IMG/VR virus record: IMGVR_UViG_3300037400_005125
Coordinates: 1-64,000 of that record
Source: a virus
Taxonomy: Duplodnaviria > Caudoviricetes
DNA length: 64,000 nt
Strand: one strand, 5' to 3'
Shown here: positions 36,663 to 47,600 of the stretch, piece after piece
How the letters are laid out: each line of letters opens with the position of its first letter
How positions within the stretch are numbered: position 1 is the first letter of the stretch
Notes under the pieces: model-generated
Seen by the model: the letters and a program-made list of their open reading frames with translations, nothing else
Databases searched by the model: none
Told to the model about the DNA's origin: nothing
Made by a program: the position numbers and the translations under genes

Positions 36663-37817
36663 TTATGTTAATGATATGTGGTTGTTAGCCCTTTTACCAT
36701 TTCTTAATCTTTCCATACCACGTTCACGTCTATTTTGTATTCCTTTTTCATCATAAGGAACTTCTACATTTTTTAATGGGTAGTTATTGATATTCCCTCT
36801 AGCCCTTTCAATGGCATTTTTAGATGTAGGAAAAACATCATAGCTCAAATCTTCATCATCGACAGGGTTTCTTCTACCCCTACCTTTAACATCTTGACCA
36901 ACAAAATCAGTTAAGCTTTTATTCCTCATTCCACCCATAAATGGCTTAATCTCACTAGTGCCAAACTCTTGTGGCACAACGAACGTTCCATTTATTTTTT
37001 CAAGTTTAACAACATTTGAGGTATTTTCTTCTGTATTTGGTCTTCTATCAATTCTATTCCCAGAATTGTCAGTGTGGAAAGAACTATTGAATATCATCCA
37101 GGCTTCATCAATATCTGAACTATGATTTCTCAATATTTCAGGAACTGTAGTGTTCTTTTTATCACCAGAATTTTTATATAAACCGTTATGAGCGTTGTGG
37201 AAAGCATCGTCAGGAACAAACCTGCTCCTGCTCATCATACTTGCATATGCCACCTTTCTATTAGCCACAACCCACACAAGGCTTACTTTATAGCCACCAA
37301 CCTTTTTCAGAAAACTAAATATCTTATTTATTGTTGACAAATTTCTGCCTGCGGTGTCAAAAATAAGGTTTGGTAATCTATCTTTATTATTGTTTGACTT
37401 GAGAAAATTATTCAATTGCCTATCATAAAATCCAAGTTCCCCAGCAGTCCTATTTATTTGTGCAGCCTGCCTACTGTTTCTTAAATCCCAAACCACATCT
37501 TTGTTAGATGATTTTTTTTCACCATTTACATATGGGTCTTTAACTGAAAACGTTTTTTTGCCATTAAAACCTGGCATATTTTCCATATTTACTATATCAG
37601 CATAGGCCTCCTTAAAATAATCTGTAGAAATAATTTTTCCATGTATTGGTAAGTTTCTTCTCAAAGAAGTTGTTTTTCCAACACCAGGTCCGCCACACAT
37701 AATTACAGCCCACCCATATGTAGGTGACGCTACACCCCCAAATGTGACGGTTTTATCTTCATTCAATAAAGAATTAATAGACTCCCTGATTATTTTTCTT
37801 ATCGTATTATCATCCAT
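36663..37817 (-). CDS. zeta-toxin/AAA_33-like P-loop kinase (start adjusted to MDDNTIRKII)
   Basis: AVIMCGGPGVGKTT, IISTD, NLIFDTAG, GYKVSLVWV...R.RFVP. Confidence 0.75.
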   Translation of the reverse strand: MDDNTIRKIIRESINSLLNEDKTVTFGGVASPTYGWAVIMCGGPGVGKTTSLRRNLPIHGKIISTDYFKEAYADIVNMENMPGFNGKKTFSVKDPYVNGEKKSSNKDVVWDLRNSRQAAQINRTAGELGFYDRQLNNFLKSNNNKDRLPNLIFDTAGRNLSTINKIFSFLKKVGGYKVSLVWVVANRKVAYASMMSRSRFVPDDAFHNAHNGLYKNSGDKKNTTVPEILRNHSSDIDEAWMIFNSSFHTDNSGNRIDRRPNTEENTSNVVKLEKINGTFVVPQEFGTSEIKPFMGGMRNKSLTDFVGQDVKGRGRRNPVDDEDLSYDVFPTSKNAIERARGNINNYPLKNVEVPYDEKGIQNRRERGMERLRNGKRANNHISLT

Positions 37818-37908
37818 TATGAATAAATATCTTGTGGAAAGCATAAAAAATGGTTTTTTTTCTTGTTTTTCTCAAAAAAAATATGTAACTTTGCAAAAAA
37901 AATATAAA

Positions 37909-38163
37909 ATGGGAAAACTACTAACAAAAGAAAAATTCATTGAGACATATCTAGATGATATGACAGTGGCTGAAATTATCGAAAACCTTGGTCAAGATGT
38001 GGATGATGACGAAGATTACGATAAATTAGTATCAATGATAAATGATGCATACTCAGAAGCAATTGATAGATTTGCTGGAGATGATGGATTTATACATAAC
38101 GTTAATTTCAGAACGCTTAACGAAGATTTAATGTATAAACTAAATAAAAAAATAGGCAGTTGA
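37909..38163 (+). CDS. small acidic early protein (start adjusted to MGKLLTKE)
   Basis: Promoter CTTG (37862) ... TAACTTTG (37886-37893) lies inside the longer ORF call. Confidence 0.7.
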   Translation: MGKLLTKEKFIETYLDDMTVAEIIENLGQDVDDDEDYDKLVSMINDAYSEAIDRFAGDDGFIHNVNFRTLNEDLMYKLNKKIGS

Positions 38164-38180
38164 GGTACTGCCTATATTTT
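38152..38180. terminator. terminator between convergent genes
   Basis: ATAGGCAGT-tgaggt-ACTGCCTAT. Confidence 0.75.
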
Positions 38181-40079
38181 TATCCCATTAACCAAACAAG
38201 TTATCTGACTGTCATTTATAAATGTCTTTCTAGGTCTTCCAGGACCTCTCTTATCCAAAAATCCACACTCAAGTTCCTTTTCTTTTAAGGCATTTATGAG
38301 GTAGTAAAGAGTAGCGCCAGAATCCATATCTTCATCAACTATCAAAAAGCGTTTATTAGCTAGACTAGCCCTTAGTTTATCAACGACACCATTTTTGTTA
38401 TGTGCCATTTCTGGGTCAGCTACTACATAGAAGTCTTTCAAATAAGGTCTTACCTTTTTATCTATGTCAACAGCCTTAAGTTTTTTACCGTTTGATATCT
38501 TCATACCACTACTAAGCAAAATTTCTTCGTAATGTGTTATTATACTATCAATGTTTGCCAAAAGCATTTGATATTTTTTGCTCAATCTTGTTCTAATTAT
38601 TTCGGTAATTACTTTAGTTATGTGTTGTACGTCATATTTAGTACTTCTACTCAAACCATTGGTATATTCTGAGAAGTGATTAACTAGGTATTTATAAAGG
38701 TTTGTAACGTCAGGGCTTTCTTTTTTAAGATTAACCAATCCATAAAATGACAACTCCCTCAGCATATCTACAATTAGTGGCTTACTAACCTTTTCTCTAC
38801 TAGATTTAGTGAGAGATATGTAATTAAAATAAGAATAATTTTCTTCAACAAATATTTCTACACACTCATTAAGGTATGAGCCTATCTCTTTGATGGCAGC
38901 ATCCTTTATAGCTTCCTTTGCTCTACCAATCATCGCATTACTAAAACCGTTTTTTCTCATTTTTTCTTCATCTACGCTAACATTTAGCATATTTCTTTTG
39001 AAAAAACCTTGTCTATACTCTATTCCTGTTTTATTTGCCAAATTAATACAATAATAATGGTTGAAATTACTTGATGAAGGTGCATCGATTATATAATCAG
39101 CATCTATACCCTCCTTTTTGAGAGCATATGCTGCGCCCATTATAGATTTATCCATAAACTGGGCAACAGATGTGTAATTTTCATCATTATACCCATACTG
39201 CTGCTTATAATGCCCATTATTCTTATACGCATCAAATGGATTTGTGTGAATGCCACTAAGTGAAAAATTGCTAGCAACATCTGGTTCTATTCCATTATCA
39301 TAGGTAATGCTAGTTTTTTCTTTCTGATTAGCACCTTTCCCAAGTTTATCTATGTTTAAAGCCTTTTCTCCAGTAAATTCTTCAACCCAATCGTTAGTAC
39401 GCATGTTTCCATTCTTGATAGCATCACTGAAATTGAAGTCATACAATCTAAACAAAGCAATTAACTTCACATTTGTGTTAGGAACTTTACCAAGAGTATA
39501 TCTAGGAAGCATTGCGTCATCAGAAACTCTAGCAGGTCTTCCTGGTTTGCCAGTTCTAACTTTAGAGTTTATTCTATCATAAGTACCCTGTAAAATGTTC
39601 AGCTTATTCATTGCTTTTTGTAAACTAGCAGAAAGTTTTCTTACCTTCATTTCTTTTGGTAATTCTGAAAATACTATTCTTTTTGCACCAGCTAAAACTG
39701 TGCCCAGCACTGGTTGTATTGATGTTAAAAGCTGCTCAGCATTGGTGTACCATCCATGCTGAACTATTCTTATTGCAGTTTGATATAATTTAACTTGAGA
39801 ATACGTTTTTGTATATTCGTCTTCAAAATTCTGATAAGCATTCTTTGTTCCTGGCTTATAACTTCCATCACCAAACGCAATATCTCCCCTTTTGCCAAAA
39901 AATCTTGTGTCAGCAAAAAACCTATTTCCGTTATCTGACGCATCATTATTAACAGAAAACATTATAGAACCTCCATTACTCCTAGCGATATTTACCCCTT
40001 CGTAAATAATGTCTAGTTTATTTTCATTAACATATATTTTCTTAGGCTTTCCCTCGTTTATATCCAAAATCATATTCAC
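38172..40079 (-). CDS. large protein with a C-terminal type I phosphoribosyltransferase-like domain
   Basis: YIIDAPSSS...; KRFLIVDEDMDSGATL (PRPP-binding loop); N-terminal KKIYVNENKLDIIYE leader-like. Confidence 0.7.
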   Translation of the reverse strand: MNMILDINEGKPKKIYVNENKLDIIYEGVNIARSNGGSIMFSVNNDASDNGNRFFADTRFFGKRGDIAFGDGSYKPGTKNAYQNFEDEYTKTYSQVKLYQTAIRIVQHGWYTNAEQLLTSIQPVLGTVLAGAKRIVFSELPKEMKVRKLSASLQKAMNKLNILQGTYDRINSKVRTGKPGRPARVSDDAMLPRYTLGKVPNTNVKLIALFRLYDFNFSDAIKNGNMRTNDWVEEFTGEKALNIDKLGKGANQKEKTSITYDNGIEPDVASNFSLSGIHTNPFDAYKNNGHYKQQYGYNDENYTSVAQFMDKSIMGAAYALKKEGIDADYIIDAPSSSNFNHYYCINLANKTGIEYRQGFFKRNMLNVSVDEEKMRKNGFSNAMIGRAKEAIKDAAIKEIGSYLNECVEIFVEENYSYFNYISLTKSSREKVSKPLIVDMLRELSFYGLVNLKKESPDVTNLYKYLVNHFSEYTNGLSRSTKYDVQHITKVITEIIRTRLSKKYQMLLANIDSIITHYEEILLSSGMKISNGKKLKAVDIDKKVRPYLKDFYVVADPEMAHNKNGVVDKLRASLANKRFLIVDEDMDSGATLYYLINALKEKELECGFLDKRGPGRPRKTFINDSQITCLVNGIKI

Positions 40080-40117
40080 ACATTATTTATCCATAAATAC
40101 ATTTTCTTTTGTTAAAA

Positions 40118-40149
40118 TTTGGATTTTTGAATTATTTAACATATCTTTG
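40118..40149 (+). promoter_or_regulatory. Bacteroidota-type promoter of the DNA polymerase
   Basis: TTTG (40118-40121) ... TATCTTTG (40142-40149). Confidence 0.85.
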
Positions 40150-40214
40150 CACTAAGAAGCGATGACTGTTTTGGTACAGCCTACAACTTCAACACTAACT
40201 TAACAATTTTTTTT

Positions 40215-43200
40215 ATGGGTAAAATCATTTCTACAGAGGTCGTTAATACTTTCCTGTCTGGACATGACCCTATGGAACACATTATTACTATAGAATGTGA
40301 CTACCAGGAAGACAAGGTGAGTATTATTTATGTTAACGACAAAGGACAAAAAAGGGTCAAATTAGACGATTTCAAGCCATTTATTTGGTGTAAGAACAGC
40401 GCAGCCATCAGACTGTACGACGGTGACAGGCAGAAACTCATTAAGGCAATGAGAACCTACGGAATCAACTGCAAGAAGCTGAAAACCACTGAGGAAGGAC
40501 AGAAAGAGGTAAGCGAAAGACTTGAAAATGGCTATAAGTACATGTTCTACGCCACCAGAAGAATGAGTTATCAGACTTTCCTCAAATTCTTCAAAGAGGC
40601 TGGAGTTCCAGTCCATGATAACAAAAAAAACTCACAAGGGGAATCCAACAGAGAATTTATGGGTGTAACGCCAGTTGAACAATATATGATTCAAACTGGT
40701 AAGAGATTGTTCAAGGGTTATGACAACTATAACGACTTGAACAGATTCACGTTTGACCTTGAAACTGAGGGTCTTAACCCAAGAGTACACAGAATCAGCC
40801 AGATTGGTCTCAGAAACAACAGAGGTGTTAAAAAGATTATTTCAATCACTGGAAGTACAAAGGAAGAACTTGATAAAAATGAAATTAGTGCAATTGAGTT
40901 ATTTCTTTATATTCTTTCTATTGTTAAACCTGATACAGTTGTAGGTCATAACTCAGAGAACTTTGACTGGGATTTCTTTATTGTAAGGTGTGAGGAACTT
41001 GGTCTTTCTTTCAAAGACCTTAGTCTAAAATACTTCAAGCACCCTATCTTCAAGAAGCAGAAAGAGGCGGTTTTAAAGCTCGGTGGTGAGGTTGAATACT
41101 ATAAACCTACAGTTATGTGGGGACACATTATTCTCGACTCCCTACACGCTGCTAGAAGGGCGCAGGCACTTGATTCAAACATGAAGAAATCTGGTTTGAA
41201 GTATGTAACACAATATCTCGAACTAAAAAAGCCTAACCGTGTCTATGTACCTGGTGATAAAATCAATAAAACATGGGCTATCACAGACGAAATATTCGGT
41301 TTCTGTGAAGAAGATGGTGACTGGTACACTGTCACTGAGAAACGTCCATTGTTACCTGGTTACGAACTAAAATCTGGTAGATATATTGTGGAAAGATATC
41401 TACTAGATGACTTGTGGGAAACTGAAAAGGTAGAGGAAAAGTTAAATGAGTCTAACTTCCTTGTAGGTAAAATGCTACCTACAACCTTTACAAGGGCTTG
41501 TACTATGGGTACAGCAGGTATATGGAAGCTCATAATGCTTGCATGGGGTTATGAGAATGGTCTTGCAATACCAGCAGCAGCTCCTAGTAAGAGGTTTACT
41601 GGTGGTCTTTCCAGACTGTTGAAGACTGGATTCGTTGACCGTATTGTTAAGCTTGACTACAATTCGCTTTATCCATCAATTATCCTTACATGGCATGTAT
41701 CAACACCTATTGATATAATGAACGTCATGCTTTCATTCCTAGAATATATTCTCACACAGCGTGAGAAATATAAGGATTTGAAGGGGGCTGCTGGTGCAAA
41801 GGCTGATGAATTGAAGAAACAGCTAGAGGAATACGAGGGGATGGATGATACTTTCAAGAAGAAACTTGCAGAAGAAATTCAGAAATGGAAGATTGAAAAG
41901 ACTGGTAATGATAAAAAACAGTTACCATTGAAGATTCTTGCAAACTCATTCTTTGGTAGTTATGGTGCTCCTAACATATTCCCATATGGTGATGTTATTG
42001 CTGCTGAGAAGACAACCTGTATTGGTCGTATGTCATTGAGACTTATGATTTACCACTTCACACAGATTGGTTATACTCCTATCGTTGGTGATAGTGTTAC
42101 ATATGACACACCTATCTTGATTAGAAGAGAAGATAAAAGAATAAATATTGTGCCAATTTGCGACATATTCAATAATAACGAAGCAATTGAGTTTGGTGAA
42201 GAGCAATACAGGGATTTCTCACATAAAAATTATGAGGTTCTTACTAGAAACGGTTGGAAACCAATCGAATATGTGTACAAACATAAAACCACTAAGCAAC
42301 TAAAAAGAGTTGAAACTAAAAATGGGGTAATAGATTGTACGGAAGACCATTCGTTGTTCGATAATAGTGGTAATGAAGTAAAACCATCTACGCTTGTTCG
42401 TGGTGACAAAATCGAAATATACAATAATGACATTGATTATTTTGCTAGTTCAACCGTAACAGATAGGGAAGCCTGGTTATTTGGGTTCTTTATGGCAGAT
42501 GGCAGTTCTGTTTATTGCGACAGAACACAGAGATATTTCTCCAAACGTAAGGGTGAATATGTCATACATATGGGCAAAAGAGCTAACTGGAAGATTTCCA
42601 ATAAATCTCTTGACAGACTCAATAAGGCAAAAGAAATAATGGAAAATAGTTTCTGTTTAAAAGCATCCATAAAAGACCATAGAACATCATCAAACGTATA
42701 TAACCTTGTTGTGGAAAATGCTGAAAACGCTAAGTTTTTCTCTAATAATTTCTATACATCATACAGATATAAAAAAGTACCAGAATTCATATTAAACGCT
42801 TCTAAGGAGGTTAAGAAGGCATTTCTCGATGGTTTCTGCTGTGGTGATGGTCAAAATGACACTATAGATGAATGTATTGAATTTGGGCAAAAGTCAAAGG
42901 TTGCAATGGCTGGATTGTATTTCATTATGAAAGAATTAGGGTATAACTTCCGTTGTCACAATAGAAACGATAAACCAGAGTTTATAAGTTTCAGACTTAG
43001 GAATCATCACGGAAATCTTCTCAACGAGAATTATTCTGAGAGAAAAGAAGATGAAGTGTGGAATTGTTCTAACATTACAAGTAAATCAGAATATGTATAT
43101 GATATTTCTTCTGATGGAACGTTTGTTAATGCGCTTGGTATGGTTGTTTGCCACAATACTGATGGTTTCAACTTCCAAATGCCTCCTGAGGATAAATTCA

Positions 43201-44600
43201 GATATACAGACGAGCATCCTTATATAGGTAAAGGTCTTGGGCGTAACGTTAAGGCTGGTAAATCTTATACAAAGGTAGAGGCTGACGTTGCTGAGTTCGA
43301 GGATTTGTACATGGCACAGGCTTATAATGGTGGTATCAATAAGATGGGTCTTGGTATTGATGAATACTGTGACGCTACCATCAACTTCGCAAGAAAGAAC
43401 TATGCCGACCTTATGCCTAACGGTAAGACAAAGAAGGTAGGTAACACAATTAAATCAAGAAAAATGTCTGGATACCTAGAGAAATTCATTGATGAAGGTG
43501 TTGACCTATTACTTCATAATAACGGTTACAAGTTCCTTAACAATTACTATGATTATATAGAGAAAATTTATAACTATCAAATTCCTATTAAGGATATTGC
43601 CTCAAAGGGTAACATCAAAAAATCATTAAAGGAATATATTGCTGATTGTCAAACTCTTACAAAGGCAGGTAGCAAGAAATCAAGACAGGCTTGGTATGAA
43701 CTTGCAATCAAGGAAGGTCTTACACCAAATGTCAGTGATACAATCTATTATATCAATACAGGTACTAAGAAAGGACACTCAGATGTTAAACGTGTAACTC
43801 ATTTCTATTACTATAATGATAGTGGAGAAAAGGTAGAGGTTTCAAAGGAAGTAGAAAAATTCTATAAGAACATGACAGATGAGGAAAAATCACAAAAGCT
43901 TACAAGACTTGACCTTGCTAAAAAGAATTATGGCGAAAAGGCATTTGATGAAGATGAAATCATTCTCAATTGTAAGTTAGTTCCTAACGAAATAGTTGAC
44001 AGTGAAGAAGATGCACTTTGCAGTGATTACGAAGGGCTTGAATATAATGTTGATAAGTATATTGACCAATTCAACAAAAGAATCACTCCATTGCTTGTGT
44101 GCTTTCATCCTGATATAAGAAATAAAATTCTTGTCACAGACCCTAAGGATAAAATGTTCTTCACAGAGGCTCAATCTAAGCTCGTCAGTGGCTTCCCTAA
44201 CAAGGAGGGTGACCAAGATACCTTCGAGGCACTTATGACACCTGAGAGAAAAGAAATCGAGTTCTGGACTTCTATCAATGAAGTTCCACCATTTGTGAAA
44301 GAATGTAATATAGATTGGGATAAATTAGTTGCAGATTATAAGGCAGAAATTGAGAAAGAAAAAGATGAAATATTCCAAATAGAGAATAAAAAATATATAG
44401 ATGCACTTAATAATCTGACTGATGCTGATATTGAGGCTTTTGAAGAAGAGGGTAAACTTCCAGCATCGTTTACGTCTATAGTAACACTTGGTTCTGATAT
44501 GAGACTTTATTTTAAGAAAATACCTGATAAAACGCCATCAACTGGTGGATTTGTCTTTGACGATATCATGTACAGTTTCATTGAAACAAATGAAGGATAA
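40215..44600 (+). CDS. family B DNA polymerase (intein-containing)
   Basis: Exo motifs FDLET, GHNSENFD, YLLDD; pol motifs KLDYNSLYPSI, KILANSFFG, and VGD|TDG split by an intein. Confidence 0.95.
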   Translation: MGKIISTEVVNTFLSGHDPMEHIITIECDYQEDKVSIIYVNDKGQKRVKLDDFKPFIWCKNSAAIRLYDGDRQKLIKAMRTYGINCKKLKTTEEGQKEVSERLENGYKYMFYATRRMSYQTFLKFFKEAGVPVHDNKKNSQGESNREFMGVTPVEQYMIQTGKRLFKGYDNYNDLNRFTFDLETEGLNPRVHRISQIGLRNNRGVKKIISITGSTKEELDKNEISAIELFLYILSIVKPDTVVGHNSENFDWDFFIVRCEELGLSFKDLSLKYFKHPIFKKQKEAVLKLGGEVEYYKPTVMWGHIILDSLHAARRAQALDSNMKKSGLKYVTQYLELKKPNRVYVPGDKINKTWAITDEIFGFCEEDGDWYTVTEKRPLLPGYELKSGRYIVERYLLDDLWETEKVEEKLNESNFLVGKMLPTTFTRACTMGTAGIWKLIMLAWGYENGLAIPAAAPSKRFTGGLSRLLKTGFVDRIVKLDYNSLYPSIILTWHVSTPIDIMNVMLSFLEYILTQREKYKDLKGAAGAKADELKKQLEEYEGMDDTFKKKLAEEIQKWKIEKTGNDKKQLPLKILANSFFGSYGAPNIFPYGDVIAAEKTTCIGRMSLRLMIYHFTQIGYTPIVGDSVTYDTPILIRREDKRINIVPICDIFNNNEAIEFGEEQYRDFSHKNYEVLTRNGWKPIEYVYKHKTTKQLKRVETKNGVIDCTEDHSLFDNSGNEVKPSTLVRGDKIEIYNNDIDYFASSTVTDREAWLFGFFMADGSSVYCDRTQRYFSKRKGEYVIHMGKRANWKISNKSLDRLNKAKEIMENSFCLKASIKDHRTSSNVYNLVVENAENAKFFSNNFYTSYRYKKVPEFILNASKEVKKAFLDGFCCGDGQNDTIDECIEFGQKSKVAMAGLYFIMKELGYNFRCHNRNDKPEFISFRLRNHHGNLLNENYSERKEDEVWNCSNITSKSEYVYDISSDGTFVNALGMVVCHNTDGFNFQMPPEDKFRYTDEHPYIGKGLGRNVKAGKSYTKVEADVAEFEDLYMAQAYNGGINKMGLGIDEYCDATINFARKNYADLMPNGKTKKVGNTIKSRKMSGYLEKFIDEGVDLLLHNNGYKFLNNYYDYIEKIYNYQIPIKDIASKGNIKKSLKEYIADCQTLTKAGSKKSRQAWYELAIKEGLTPNVSDTIYYINTGTKKGHSDVKRVTHFYYYNDSGEKVEVSKEVEKFYKNMTDEEKSQKLTRLDLAKKNYGEKAFDEDEIILNCKLVPNEIVDSEEDALCSDYEGLEYNVDKYIDQFNKRITPLLVCFHPDIRNKILVTDPKDKMFFTEAQSKLVSGFPNKEGDQDTFEALMTPERKEIEFWTSINEVPPFVKECNIDWDKLVADYKAEIEKEKDEIFQIENKKYIDALNNLTDADIEAFEEEGKLPASFTSIVTLGSDMRLYFKKIPDKTPSTGGFVFDDIMYSFIETNEG
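42093..43157 (+). mobile_element. intein (355 aa) with LAGLIDADG homing endonuclease in PolB motif C
   Basis: Starts SVTYDTPILI, block B TEDHSL, LAGLIDADG motifs WLFGFFMADG and AFLDGFCCGDG, ends YVYDISSDGTFV...CHN followed by Thr(+1). Confidence 0.95.
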
Positions 44601-44635
44601 AAAAAGGGGGCTAGATTGTTTCTAGCCTCCTTTTT
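44601..44635. terminator. bidirectional terminator
   Basis: AAAAAGGGGGCTAGA-ttgtt-TCTAGCCTCCTTTTT. Confidence 0.85.
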
Positions 44636-44646
44636 ATTTAAATTAG

Positions 44647-47600
44647 TTATCTTACGTTATTATTATAATTATAACTTCTTGCACTACTTGACTCATCTGT
44701 TGAATAATTGGTATTATATCCAGCAGCTTGTGCTCTTAGTTTAGCTTCCTGGTCTGCTGGTGTTCCTTCGTCGTAATACAAGCCACAATCCCAAACATTA
44801 CTTAAATATATACCGTTCTGTTTGGTGTCAACTGAAGGTGTAACACCGCTTGGTCCTTCCTCTAGGCAAACTATTCTAAGTGCATTTGTATCTGTGAATT
44901 CTGTATTAGTTGGGTCGATGTAGTCACCAGACATATCAACTGTATACAAATCTTCATCAGTCATTGTTGCAAACTTACCATGAGAAAGTCTTGTATCAAC
45001 CTGAAGTTTTCTATTAGCACCATCCTCAACCCATGTAGATTCATTGGTACATGTTATACCGCTTACCCACATTGTCAACAATTCACAAATCTGGTCGTTA
45101 AGCAATTGGTCAGCCTCCATGAATGATGTAGCACCACTGATTATACATGCTCCCTGATATGGCTGATATGTAGCACCACTTCCACATTGTGGCATTGGAG
45201 AAGCATTTGTATAGAGCATTGCATATAATGCATCAGTTTTAGAATCTATGCAGTCAATTTCTTCTTCTATGTCATCAGATTTGTCCTCAACTCTCTTAAG
45301 ATTTAAATCAAGGATATAATCTGCACTAGCAAATGAAGTTGCACTATTAATATAAGCTCCAAACTGATTTGGCTCATATGTATAGCCACTACCGCAATCC
45401 TCTGCTATTATATGCCCAATAACAGCCATTTCTACTGCTCTAAGCTCATTCTTAGTACATTCTGCTGTTTCTACTGCCCCACTAATTGAAGAACCATCAA
45501 CATAAAGTCCGTTGTTCCTTATTTCAATGGCGTTATCACTTCCTTGGTCTGGCTTACCGTCACCGTCGTGGTCATCAGTAATCAACACTTTAGCAGATAA
45601 TTGGTCTTCGCCAAGAGGTCCTGTACTGTCAGTAAGTGTAAGCTCAATTGCACTATTCACACTTGGATTGTTTGGTAGCCAAGGATTAAACAAATCTTCA
45701 ACACTAACTCTTGTTTCCCTTGGTGTCTGAGGGTCATCTGTTGAGTGCCATCTGATTACAAGTTCCTTAGTGTCAGAATCATATGTAATAGCGTCAATCA
45801 GAGAGCCAGCATTAAGTGTGATTGTATCATATGATTTTCCACTTACACTACTACCATCAGTCTTCTCAAGAATCAATTGGTTAGTTGCTGCATTATAATC
45901 AAGCCTTACATATGCTTTAACGCCTTCATCAACAATAATAATGTTATTGTTTTTTGGAACGATTACATCAGTTGTAACAACATTACCAGTAGTTTTATTC
46001 ATCTTGGTTGTTACCGTATTGTCGAAAGTAAGAGCTGCATCACGTATTGCTTGTGCCAACTCAGCATCACCTTGTTCTCTGTCTTCTATCTCTTGCTGAA
46101 GTGCTGCAATGATTTGCTCGTCCTTTGCTGCCAACTCTGCTTCCTTACCAGTTGCTCTTTCTATTTCACTAGTAATTGTAATATTTAAACCAGATTCAGC
46201 ATTTATAGCACGGCTAATCTCTCTATCAATTGTTCCTTGAAGAATTGTATCACCACTAATTCTTCTTTCTGCTTCATCTTCAATTGAATGAGAAAGATTA
46301 TTCTCTACTGTTCTAACATAAGTTGCCTCATTGTTAATAGCTGTTCTTATATCAGTTTCAGCGCTAGTTGCCCTTGTTAGCTCAGCAGCAATAGCATCTA
46401 ACAACTCCTGGTCTTTATCAGTTGAGCGAGTAATCTCATTATTAAGTTTAGTCTCAATTCTCTGTTCCTCTCCTGTTGCACGACTAACCTCACTCTGTAT
46501 ATTACTCTGTGCTGTAGTAAGGTCGCTTCTTAAACCAGTTTCTGCGCTAGTAGCACGAGTTACTTCTTCATTAAGGCTATTCTCAAGAGCATCAATATCG
46601 CCCTCAGCAGTTGCTAATCTGCCATCCAAAACCTCTTCTGCTGCCTTTGCTCTAGCCTCTTCCTCATCAACATCAGCAATTCTATCTACAATCTCTTGTT
46701 CTATAGCTGCTGTATTTGCTGAAATCTGAGCACCAGATACGTAAAGAGAACCATCATCCATTACCAAGATGTTATCATCATGGTCATCTGTGATAATTAC
46801 AGATGCCTTAAGAACATCTTGTTCACTTGTACCACTTGCAACTCTAACTTTTTCAAGCTGAACAGCATGTGGGTGTCCATCTTCAACTCTCCACTCGTTA
46901 ATTAAATCACCAACAGGTATAACAACGTCTGGCATTCTATGACCATTTACAGTATATTCGATGATAATTGCTTCCCTTGATGGGTCGTAATAAATCTTAT
47001 CTACTACCGAATTTGTTTTAAGGTCATATGTCTTAGTTCCGTTAGTTGTTTTGAAAATAAGTTGATTTGTTCCAACTTCTTCATTAAACTCATAGATAAG
47101 GTCTACTCCTGCATATAATCCATCTGCGTTAAGCTTAATGATATTTGGTTTATCATCCTCAGCCTCTTCACTTAAATTAACCTTAAGAACTTTGATTGTT
47201 GGTTTACCATTTTCATCATTTCTTGTCTCGACATCAATTGATTCATCTTCGTTGATAACGTCTGTTAATCTCATTGATGTATCTGCGCTAACAGCATCAA
47301 TATCACTCTGAAGATTATCAATTTCATCCCTTACAGTATTTCTAGGACCGAATCCTTCACCAATCTCTGCATCAATTGCATCAAGTCTACCATCATGTTC
47401 TTCGTCTGTTGTTTTTGAACGGTCAATCTCTCTCTGAAGTTTTGCAGCCTCTTCATTAACCTGGTTCTGTAACTGGTCAAACTTATAGGTAACTGTCTCA
47501 TGAGCGTCAGTTGTGAAACCAGAACCAATTGTAGCATCTATTCTATCAATAGCTTCGTCGTGTTCATTGTCCTTATTTGTAGAACGCTCTATTTCATCAT

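Noticed and set aside
37744-37908. Upstream extensions of ORFs 37744, 27407, 24468 (GT2), 51861, 54379 and 61924
   Set aside because: They overlap promoters or neighbouring genes and give atypical hydrophobic or low-information N-termini; downstream ATGs fit the promoter positions better.
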